DNA from: Anaerolineae bacterium
GTDB lineage: Bacteria; Chloroflexota; Anaerolineae; CG2-30-64-16
NCBI GenBank assembly: GCA_034434235.1
Contig: DAOTZV010000182.1
Span: 10,713-74,712 of the forward strand
Length of the DNA stretch: 64,000 nucleotides
Direction: 5' to 3'
Shown: positions 18,110 through 26,290 of the stretch, piece after piece
How positions within the stretch are numbered: position 1 is the first letter of the stretch
How the letters are laid out: every line of letters begins with the position of its first letter
Translations under genes and position numbers: made by a program
The notes under the pieces: model-generated
Told to the model about the DNA's origin: nothing
Seen by the model: the letters and a program-made list of their open reading frames with translations, nothing else
Database searches by the model: none

Positions 18110-20266
18110 ATGCTTCCAGCGCCTCGCATTCCCTATCGCGAGCGGATCGCCGCGCTGACCCGCACCAAGCTGGAGTTCAACGCGGCCAAGCTGGCCCGCG
18201 ACGGCTACCACGACGTGGACGACCACGGCAACATCCCCTGGCCCGACCCGATCCCCTTCGAGCGCATCAGCAATCACCCCGACGGCGGATCGTACGGCGC
18301 GCGCTGCATCGGCCAGAACTTCCGGCGCTGGCTGGAGGTGCATCCGGTGTACATCCACCCCATGAGCGCGCTCGCCGGCGCGTGGATCACGACGTTGCCG
18401 GGCGTCGGGGGATGGCGGCCGGAGGATCGGCCCACGCATCTGTACCCTTATCACAAGAAATATCATTTCATGGCCACCGGCATCGGCGCGATGAACCACT
18501 TCGGCCCCGACATGCGCATCGGCCTGGAGCTGGGATGGGGCGGCCTGCTGGACAAGATCCGCTACTATCGCGCTCGCAACCGGCCGGCCGACACCGCGTT
18601 CTACGACGCGGAAGAGGACTTCGTGCTCGGCGTGCAGAACTGGATCGGCCGCCACGTGACGTATGCCCGCGCGCGGGCCGCGGCCGAACCGGACCCCGAA
18701 GTGCGCGCCAACTACGAAGCCATCGCGGAGATGAACGAACACCTGGTGCACGGCCCCCCGCGCACCCTGCGCGAGGCGTGTCAGTTCCTGGCCTGGTTCC
18801 AGGCGGTGGATCGCATGTGGTATCACGGCGGCGCGCTGGGCCAGCTCGACGAGCTGTTGCGGCCGTACTACGAAGCGGATGTCGCGGCCGGCATCATAGA
18901 CGACGAGATGGTGCTCTGGTTCATCGCCAGCCTCTTCTTCAACGATACGCACTACTCGCAGATCGGCGGCCCCGCGGCCGATGGGCACGATGTCACCAGC
19001 CGCATGTCGTACCTGATCCTGGAGGCCGCGCATCTGCTGAAGATCCCGTCGAACCTGGCGATCCGCCTGCACGATGGCCTCGATCCGGGCCTCTTGCGCC
19101 AGGCGCTGATCTATAACCTGGAGGACGGTACCGGGCCGAGCATCTCGTGTGCGAAGGGCCTGGACGAGGGCTATGCGCGCAACGGCGTGCCGATCCAGCT
19201 CGCCCGGCTGCGCGCGAAGGTGGGCTGCAACTGGACCGCGCTGCCGGGCATCGAGTACTGCCATCAGGATGTCACGCGGCAATGCCTCGTCGCGCCGTTT
19301 CTGCTGGCCTTCTACGAGCTGGTGGACGACCCCGCGGCCCCGCGCACCATGGATGAACTGTGGCGGCGCTACGTGGAACATCTGGCGATCTCGGTGCGGG
19401 TGCTCAAAGAGGGCTTCGACTGGCACATGCAACATCACGCCGACAACCTGATCGAGATCGTGTTGAATCTGTTCTGTCACGGGCCGATCGAGCGCGGGCT
19501 GGATGCGGCGGCCGGCGGGGTGGACATCTACTTCCTGACCGCCGATGGCCTGGGCCTGGCGACCGTGGCCGACTCGTTCGCGGCCATCGAGCAGCGGGTG
19601 GTGATCGAGAAGCGGCTGACGTGGGAGCAGTTGGCCGAACACCTGCGCAACGATTACGCCGGCGCGGAACACGTGCGGCTGATGCTCAAGAACATCCCGC
19701 GCTTCGGCGCGGGCGGCACCCGCGCCGATGGATGGGCGAAGCGCATCGCCGAGACCTATACCCGGCTCGTGCGCGGCACGCCGACCCCGCTCGGCTATAC
19801 GATCATCCCCGGCCTCTTTTCGCACGGCGGCATCGCCCAATACGGCGCGGACCTGGGCGCCACGCCCAACGGCCGCCACGCCGGCGCGCCCATCTCCCAC
19901 AGCGCCAACCCCGATCCGGGCTTCCTGCCCGGCGGCGGCGCCGCATTGACCGCCAAGGCCTCGGCCGTGGCGGCTGTGCAACCGGGCTGGGGCAACTCTG
20001 CGCCGCTGCAGCTCGATGTGGACGCGCGGCTCTTGAAGGAGGCCGGCGGCCTGGAGGCGCTCGAGGCGCTGATCCGCACCCACAACCGTCAGGGCGGCAC
20101 GCTGATCAACCTGAACATCGTCTCCAAGGAGAAGATCCTGGAGGCGCACAAAGATCCGTCGAAGTACCCCGACCTGATGGTGCGGGTCACCGGCTACAGC
20201 GCCTATTTCCAGTCGCTGTCGCCGGCCTATCGGCAGCAGATCGTAGATCGGCTGCTGGCGGCGTAA
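18110..20266 (+). CDS. Glycyl radical enzyme (PFL2/DeHy-like family), substrate unknown. It is shorter than canonical members, at ~718 aa.
   Basis: C-terminal glycyl-radical motif RVTGYSAYF ~25 aa from the end. It sits immediately downstream of a dedicated activase. GGAGG RBS 9 nt before ATG 18110. Confidence 0.7.
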   Translation: MLPAPRIPYRERIAALTRTKLEFNAAKLARDGYHDVDDHGNIPWPDPIPFERISNHPDGGSYGARCIGQNFRRWLEVHPVYIHPMSALAGAWITTLPGVGGWRPEDRPTHLYPYHKKYHFMATGIGAMNHFGPDMRIGLELGWGGLLDKIRYYRARNRPADTAFYDAEEDFVLGVQNWIGRHVTYARARAAAEPDPEVRANYEAIAEMNEHLVHGPPRTLREACQFLAWFQAVDRMWYHGGALGQLDELLRPYYEADVAAGIIDDEMVLWFIASLFFNDTHYSQIGGPAADGHDVTSRMSYLILEAAHLLKIPSNLAIRLHDGLDPGLLRQALIYNLEDGTGPSISCAKGLDEGYARNGVPIQLARLRAKVGCNWTALPGIEYCHQDVTRQCLVAPFLLAFYELVDDPAAPRTMDELWRRYVEHLAISVRVLKEGFDWHMQHHADNLIEIVLNLFCHGPIERGLDAAAGGVDIYFLTADGLGLATVADSFAAIEQRVVIEKRLTWEQLAEHLRNDYAGAEHVRLMLKNIPRFGAGGTRADGWAKRIAETYTRLVRGTPTPLGYTIIPGLFSHGGIAQYGADLGATPNGRHAGAPISHSANPDPGFLPGGGAALTAKASAVAAVQPGWGNSAPLQLDVDARLLKEAGGLEALEALIRTHNRQGGTLINLNIVSKEKILEAHKDPSKYPDLMVRVTGYSAYFQSLSPAYRQQIVDRLLAA

Positions 20267-20296
20267 AGGGGGCATTCGACCGCGGCCGATCCATCT

Positions 20297-20325
20297 TTGA
20301 CCAGCTTGCCGTTTTCGTGTATGAT
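20297..20325 (+). promoter_or_regulatory. Candidate promoter upstream of the peptide ABC substrate-binding gene
   Basis: TTGACC-N17-TATGAT, ~110 nt before ATG 20436. Confidence 0.4.
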
Positions 20326-20435
20326 TGAAACCGATTCCCATCGTTGCCAGCAATGCCGCTGATATCCCCATCGCCGTGTGGTGTTTTGCCAAACCCGTTT
20401 CCGGTCTATTCCAAAAAAAGGAGGAGTTCCGAGCC

Positions 20436-22103
20436 ATGGCCAACAGTCCAACCCGTCTCAGCCGTCGTTCGTTTTTGCGGCTGGCCGGCCTGAGCGCCGG
20501 CGCAGCCGCGCTGGCCGCCTGCGCGCCGGCTGCCACGCCGGCCCCGGCCGCGCCGCCGGCTGCCACTCAGGCGCCCGCGGCCACCCAGGCGCCCGCGGCC
20601 ACCAAGCCGGCCGCGCCCACCGCGGCCCCGCCGCCCGCGCAGCCCAAGCAGATCGTCGTCGCTCAATACGCCGACGTCGTGAGCCTTGACCCCCAGGACA
20701 CCAACGACAATGCCTCGTATGGCCCCGAGAAGCTGATGTTCGAGGGCCTGGTCGGCTTCAACGAGAAGATGGAGATGGTGCCTCAGCTCGCCGAACGCTG
20801 GGAAGCCTCGGCCGACGCCACCACCTTCACCTTCTACCTGCGCAAGGGCGTCAAGTTCCACGACGGCACGCCCTTCAACGCGGAGGCCGTCAAGTACAAC
20901 TTCGACCGCGTCACCAATCCCGACAACAAGCTCAAGCGCTATGGCCTGTACAAGATCATCGCCAAGACCGAAGTCGTGAACGAGTACACCGTCAAGTTCA
21001 CGACCTCCGAGCCGTTCGGCGCGATGATCGCGACCTTCGCGCATCCCGCGGGCGGCATCGTGAGCCCGGCCGCGGCCAAGCAGGGCGCGGAAGCGCCGGC
21101 CTTCGGCAAGAAGCCGGTCGGCACCGGGCCGTACAAGTTCGTCGAGTGGGTGCCGGGCGATCATCTGACGGTCGAGAAGTTCGCCGACTACTGGAACCCG
21201 GACCAGGGCGCGAAGGTGGATCGCTTCATCATCAAGCCGGTGCCCGAGGCCGGCACCCGCATCAACATGCTGCTCGCCGGCGACGCCCAGTTCATCAACA
21301 CCGTGCCCTATGCCCAGGTCAAGCAACTGAAGGGCAACCCGAACGTGGCCATCGCCGAGAACGAGGCGATCTACACCTTCTGGGTGGCGATGAACACGCA
21401 GAAGGAACCGTTCAAGGACAAGCGGGTGCGCCAGGCGCTCAACTATGCCATTGACAAGCAGGCGATCATTGACTCGGTGCTCGCCGGCTACGGCAAGCCG
21501 GTGGATTCGCCGCTGGCGCCGCGCGTCTGGGGCTACAAGTCGGTCAAGACCTATCCGTATGACCTGAAGAAGGCCAAGGAGCTGCTCGCCCAGGCCGGCG
21601 TCAGCGGCTTCAAGACCACCCTGTGGGCGGCCGAGAGCACCGAGGCCAAGCAGGTGGCCGTGGCGCTCCAGGCCCAGCTCAAGGAGGTGGGCTTCGACGT
21701 CGAGGTGGTGACGATGGAGGCCGCTACGCTGAGCGCCGAGCGCTTCAAGAAGTTCGAAGAGAACAAGAGCATGATGAACTACGCCGGCTGGTCCCCCTCG
21801 ACCGGCGATGCCGACTGGGGCCTGCGACCGTTGCTCGCCAAGGAGTCGTGGCCGCCGGCCTCCTTCAACCTGGCGTTCTGGGACAATCCGGAGTTCGACG
21901 CGCAGATCAAGGCCGGGTTGCAGACCGCCGATCCCGAGAAGCGCAAGGCCGCCTACGCCAAGGCGCAAGAGATCGTGATGGAAGAAGCGCCCTGGATCTT
22001 CTTGTGGGTCAACCAGGTGCTGGGCGGCATCAGCACCAAGTGCGAAGGCATGGTGATCCAGCCGGACGGCATCGCCTATCTGCGCACCGGCCGGTACAAG
22101 TAA
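20436..22103 (+). CDS. ABC transporter substrate-binding protein, family 5 (peptide/nickel/opine type), with Tat/lipoprotein-like signal
   Basis: RRSFLRLAGLSAGAAALAAC signal, AP-rich linker, SBP-5 fold. AAGGAGGAG RBS. Confidence 0.85.
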   Translation: MANSPTRLSRRSFLRLAGLSAGAAALAACAPAATPAPAAPPAATQAPAATQAPAATKPAAPTAAPPPAQPKQIVVAQYADVVSLDPQDTNDNASYGPEKLMFEGLVGFNEKMEMVPQLAERWEASADATTFTFYLRKGVKFHDGTPFNAEAVKYNFDRVTNPDNKLKRYGLYKIIAKTEVVNEYTVKFTTSEPFGAMIATFAHPAGGIVSPAAAKQGAEAPAFGKKPVGTGPYKFVEWVPGDHLTVEKFADYWNPDQGAKVDRFIIKPVPEAGTRINMLLAGDAQFINTVPYAQVKQLKGNPNVAIAENEAIYTFWVAMNTQKEPFKDKRVRQALNYAIDKQAIIDSVLAGYGKPVDSPLAPRVWGYKSVKTYPYDLKKAKELLAQAGVSGFKTTLWAAESTEAKQVAVALQAQLKEVGFDVEVVTMEAATLSAERFKKFEENKSMMNYAGWSPSTGDADWGLRPLLAKESWPPASFNLAFWDNPEFDAQIKAGLQTADPEKRKAAYAKAQEIVMEEAPWIFLWVNQVLGGISTKCEGMVIQPDGIAYLRTGRYK

Positions 22104-22113
22104 GCTTTGACTA

Positions 22114-22145
22114 CGTGCCAGGCGCCAGAGAGGGCGCCTGGCACG
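22114..22145. repeat. REP-like palindrome, family 2, just after the binding-protein stop
   Basis: CGTGCCAGGCGCC-AGAGAG-GGCGCCTGGCACG. Related copies lie at 45905 and 50559. Confidence 0.7.
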
Positions 22146-22179
22146 CACCGGTGAATTTGCTTAGCGAGGCAATCTCAGG

Positions 22180-23106
22180 GTGTTCGGCTACTTTGTTCGG
22201 CGCGTTGTAGCTCTTATCCCGACCCTGTTCGGGGTCTCGGTGGCGGTCTTCCTGCTGTTGCACCTGGTGCCCGGCGACCCCGCGCGCATGGTGGCCGGCC
22301 TGGACGCCACCGAGGCCGACCTCGTCCTGATTCGCCAGGATCTCGGCCTGGACAAATCGTTGCCCGAGCAGTACCTGACCTGGTTGAACAACCTGCTCCA
22401 CGGCAACATGGGCAAGTCCACCCGCTCGCGCAACCCCGTCACCTACGAGATCGGCCTGCGCATGCCGGCCACCTGGCAGTTGACGGCCGTGAGCATCACC
22501 ATCGCGGTGGTGATCGGCATGGTCACCGGCATCGTCGCGGCCACCCGGCGCAACTCGGTGTGGGATTACGGCAGCATGGTGGCCGCGCTGCTGGGGATCT
22601 GCACCCCTTCCTTTTGGCTCGGCCTGATGCTCATGCTGATCTTCGCCGTCCAGCTCCACTGGTTCCCCACCAGCGGCCGGGGCGACTGGCGGCATCTGGT
22701 GTTGCCGGGCTTCACCCTTGGCGCGGGCGCGGCCGCCATCATCGCACGGGTCACGCGTTCCAGTCTGCTCGAGGTGCTGAACCAGGATTACATCCGCACG
22801 GCCACGGCCAAAGGCCTGCGGCCGGCCACGGTCATCTATCGCCACGCGCTGAAGAACGCGCTCATTCCGGTCGTCACGGTGGTGGGCCTGGAGTTCGGCT
22901 ATCTGCTCGCCGGCGCGGTCATCACCGAGACCGTGTTCGCCTATCCGGGGATCGGCCGGCTGCTGGTGGACTCCATCGGCTTTCGCGATTTCCCGGTCGT
23001 CCAGGGCATCCTGCTGATCCTGGCCACGCAGTTCGTCCTGATCAACCTGGTCGTGGATCTGATCTACGCCTGGCTCGATCCGAGGATCCACTATGGCAAC
23101 GCCTAG
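22180..23106 (+). CDS. ABC transporter permease (DppB/OppB-like)
   Basis: Binding-protein-dependent permease with an EAA-like loop. GTG start. Confidence 0.8.
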   Translation: MFGYFVRRVVALIPTLFGVSVAVFLLLHLVPGDPARMVAGLDATEADLVLIRQDLGLDKSLPEQYLTWLNNLLHGNMGKSTRSRNPVTYEIGLRMPATWQLTAVSITIAVVIGMVTGIVAATRRNSVWDYGSMVAALLGICTPSFWLGLMLMLIFAVQLHWFPTSGRGDWRHLVLPGFTLGAGAAAIIARVTRSSLLEVLNQDYIRTATAKGLRPATVIYRHALKNALIPVVTVVGLEFGYLLAGAVITETVFAYPGIGRLLVDSIGFRDFPVVQGILLILATQFVLINLVVDLIYAWLDPRIHYGNA

Positions 23107-23989
23107 CACTACCGCCGGTACCGCAGTCCTGATGGCGTCCGGCCGGCCGCGCAGCCTGTGGCGCGATGCCTGGACGCGCCTGAAAAAGAACAAGGCCGCC
23201 ATGTTCGGCGGCTTCGTGGTCATCCTGCTGCTCTTCGCCGGCATCACCGCGCCGTGGATCGCGCCATATGACCCGATCAAGCAGAACCTGCGCGATAACC
23301 TGATGCCGCCTTCGGCGACGCACTGGCTGGGGACCGACGTGCACGGCCGGGACATCTTCAGCCGCATCCTGTACGGCGCGGCCATCTCGCTGCGCATCGG
23401 CTTCCTCGGCGCGCTGCTGGGCGGGGCCATCGGCGTCGTGCTGGGGCTGATCTCCGGCTATTACGGCGGCCTGGCCGACATGCTGATCATGCGCCTGGTG
23501 GACATCCAGCTGGCGTTCCCCGGCCTCCTGCTGGCGATCGCCATCATCGCCGTCATCGGGCCGGGCCTGGAGAACGTCATCATCGCGGTCGGCATCTTTT
23601 CCGTGCCGACCTTCACGCGGGTGGTGCGCGGATCGGTGCTCTCGGTCAAACAACAGGATTTCGTCATGGCCGCGCGCACGGTCGGCGCGACCGGCCCGCG
23701 CATCATGCGGGTCCATCTCTTTCCCAACATCCTGGCGCCCGTGCTCGTGCTGCTCACCATGCGTGTGGCCACGGCCATCCTGACGGCCGCCAGTTTGAGC
23801 TTCCTGGGCCTGGGCGCGCAGCCGCCCATCCCCGAATGGGGCGCCATGCTCAGCGACGGCCGCGACTACCTGGTGTTGGCCCCGCACGTGGCCACTTTCC
23901 CGGGCCTGGCGATCTTGCTCGCCGTCCTCGGCTTCAACCTGCTGGGCGACGGCCTGCGCGATGCGCTCGACCCGCGCCTGCGCATCTAA
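23093..23989 (+). CDS. ABC transporter permease (DppC/OppC-like)
   Basis: Overlaps the preceding permease by 14 nt. Typical DppC topology. Confidence 0.8.
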   Translation: MATPSTTAGTAVLMASGRPRSLWRDAWTRLKKNKAAMFGGFVVILLLFAGITAPWIAPYDPIKQNLRDNLMPPSATHWLGTDVHGRDIFSRILYGAAISLRIGFLGALLGGAIGVVLGLISGYYGGLADMLIMRLVDIQLAFPGLLLAIAIIAVIGPGLENVIIAVGIFSVPTFTRVVRGSVLSVKQQDFVMAARTVGATGPRIMRVHLFPNILAPVLVLLTMRVATAILTAASLSFLGLGAQPPIPEWGAMLSDGRDYLVLAPHVATFPGLAILLAVLGFNLLGDGLRDALDPRLRI

Positions 23990-24004
23990 CGAAGAAAATC
24001 CAAG

Positions 24005-25420
24005 ATGACCGATTTCGACCTCCTGCGCGCCACCGAATTCAGCCGCCTGGATGCGACCGGCCAGATCTACCTGGACTACACCGGCGGCGGCCTCTACGCC
24101 GAAAGCCAGCTTCGCCAACACCTCGATCTCCTCAGGGAGAACGTCTTCGGCAACCCGCATTCGCACAATCCCACCTCGCAGGCGATGACCTGCCTGGTGG
24201 ATCAGGCGCGGGCCTATGTGCTGGAGTTCTTCAACGCGCCCCCCGGCGAATACGCGGTGATCTTCACGCCGAACGCTTCGGGCGCGCTCAAGCTGGTCGG
24301 CGAGGCGTATCCGTTCGGCCCCGGCGATCACTACCTGCTCACCTTCGACAACCACAATTCGGTCAACGGCATCCGCGAGTTCGCGCGCGCCAAAGGCGCG
24401 CAGTTCACCTATCTGCCGATCGGCGGGCCGGAGCTGCGCGTGGATCCGGCGACGCTGGACGAATATCTGGCGTTGGCCGCGCCGGGCCGCCACAACCTGT
24501 TCGCGTTTCCGGCGCAATCCAACTTCACCGGCGTCCAGCACCCGTTGGAGATGATCGGCCGGGCGCACGAGCGGGGATGGGACGTGTTGGTGGACGCCGC
24601 GGCCTTCGCGCCGACCAACCGGCTCGACCTGGCCCGCTGGCGGCCCGATTTCGTGCCGCTTTCGTTTTACAAGATGTTCGGCTATCCGACCGGCATCGGG
24701 TGTCTGCTGGCGCGGCGGGAGGCGCTGGCGAAGCTGCGCCGGCCCTGGTACGCGGGCGGCACGATCACCATTTCGTCGGTGCAGGGGGATGGCCACTACC
24801 TGGCGCCGGGCGAAGCCGGCTTCGAGGACGGCACGATCAACTACCTGAACATTCCGGCCGTGGAGATCGGCCTGCGCTTTCTGGCCGGCGTGGGCATGGA
24901 GGCCATCCACGAGCACGTCATGGCCTTGACCGGCCGGCTCCTCGAGCAGCTCGTCGCGCTGCGCCATAGCAATGGCCGGCCGCTGGTCAAGATCCACGGC
25001 CCGACCGACCTGAACGCCCGCGGGGGCACGGTGACCATGACCTTCTACGACCGGGAGGGCCGGGCGATAGACGATCAACGCGTCGAGCAGCTCGCCAACC
25101 GCCAGCGGATCTCCGTGCGCACCGGTTGCTTCTGCAACCCGGGCGCGGGCGAAGTGGCCCACGGCCTGACGGCCGAGATCATGCGGACGTTCTTCGGCCG
25201 GCCGGTGGCGCCGTCGTTCCAGGAGTTGCGCCGGGAGATGCGCGAGCGCTTCGGCCGCGACATCAGCGCGGTGCGCGTGTCGGTGGGCCTTGCTTCCAAC
25301 CGCGGGGACGTGGACGCGTTCATTCGCTTCGCGGCCGGCTTTCTAGACCGCACGGCCGACGAGATCGGCGAGATGGAGCCGGGCCCCGCGCCCTGCTCCA
25401 CCGACCGCGACGCGGCATGA
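24005..25420 (+). CDS. Class V aminotransferase-fold PLP enzyme resembling the N-terminal domain of molybdenum-cofactor sulfurase (MOCOS/ABA3) or a NifS-like desulfurase
   Basis: IYLDYTGGGLYAESQL, FTGVQHP, SFYKMFGYPTGIGCL (PLP-lysine region), C-terminal TGCFCNPGAG. Confidence 0.65.
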   Translation: MTDFDLLRATEFSRLDATGQIYLDYTGGGLYAESQLRQHLDLLRENVFGNPHSHNPTSQAMTCLVDQARAYVLEFFNAPPGEYAVIFTPNASGALKLVGEAYPFGPGDHYLLTFDNHNSVNGIREFARAKGAQFTYLPIGGPELRVDPATLDEYLALAAPGRHNLFAFPAQSNFTGVQHPLEMIGRAHERGWDVLVDAAAFAPTNRLDLARWRPDFVPLSFYKMFGYPTGIGCLLARREALAKLRRPWYAGGTITISSVQGDGHYLAPGEAGFEDGTINYLNIPAVEIGLRFLAGVGMEAIHEHVMALTGRLLEQLVALRHSNGRPLVKIHGPTDLNARGGTVTMTFYDREGRAIDDQRVEQLANRQRISVRTGCFCNPGAGEVAHGLTAEIMRTFFGRPVAPSFQELRREMRERFGRDISAVRVSVGLASNRGDVDAFIRFAAGFLDRTADEIGEMEPGPAPCSTDRDAA

Positions 25421-25433
25421 GAGCAGCCAACCC

Positions 25434-26276
25434 ATGAAACTCACCCGTCATGCGACCGCAGGAGCGTTCCTGGCCCGCGCCCGGGCCGCCCTGGAGCGTC
25501 AGGAAGCCTTCAACAACCTGATGCTCGGGGTGGCCACGCGCCTGGACGAAGACCCCGAACGGATCAAAACGCCTCCCTATCTGGCGACGGTCGAGGAAGG
25601 CGATGCGCTGTTGGCCGCGGCGGTCATGACGCCGCCCCATCGGGTCATCGTCCACAGCGAGAGCACGGACCCTGCTCCGCTCCGCCTGATCGCGCATGAT
25701 CTGCACGCGAACGGCTGGGCGCCGCCCGGCGTCATCGGCCCGGCCGCGACGGCGCGGGCCTTCGCCGCGGCGTGGACTGCCGCGGCGGGCGGCTCCTTTC
25801 GCCTCTTGCGCCACGAGCGTGTCTACGAGCTGCGCCAGGTCAACCCGCCGCCCCCGACGCCGGGCGCGTTGCGCGTTGCGGTCGAGGCCGATCAGGCGCT
25901 GGTGGCGCAATGGTTCTATGCCTTCATGCACGAGGTGGGCATGGGAGGCACGGCCGAAGAGCTGGCCGAGCTGGCCGCGCAACGCATTGACCGCCGCGAG
26001 ATCTTTCTCTGGGACGACGGTGGGCCGGTATCTCTGGCCGGCCGCGGTCGCCACACCGCGCACGGCGTGGCGATCGGCCCGGTGTATACGCCGCCGGCGC
26101 TCCGCGGCCGCGGCTACGCCAGCGCGTGCGTCGCGGCCCTGAGCCAGCAGATGCTCGACGCCGGCTGGCGTTTCTGCGCGCTCTTCACCGACCTGGCCAA
26201 TCCGACCTCCAACCGCATCTACCAGAAGATCGGCTATCGGCCTCTCGGCGATTTCGACGAGTACGGGTTCACGTGA
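25434..26276 (+). CDS. GNAT-family N-acetyltransferase (two-lobed)
   Basis: C-terminal acetyl-CoA-binding motif RGRGYASACVAAL...NRIYQKIGY. Confidence 0.65.
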   Translation: MKLTRHATAGAFLARARAALERQEAFNNLMLGVATRLDEDPERIKTPPYLATVEEGDALLAAAVMTPPHRVIVHSESTDPAPLRLIAHDLHANGWAPPGVIGPAATARAFAAAWTAAAGGSFRLLRHERVYELRQVNPPPPTPGALRVAVEADQALVAQWFYAFMHEVGMGGTAEELAELAAQRIDRREIFLWDDGGPVSLAGRGRHTAHGVAIGPVYTPPALRGRGYASACVAALSQQMLDAGWRFCALFTDLANPTSNRIYQKIGYRPLGDFDEYGFT

Positions 26277-26290
26277 TGGGAGGTTTCCCG

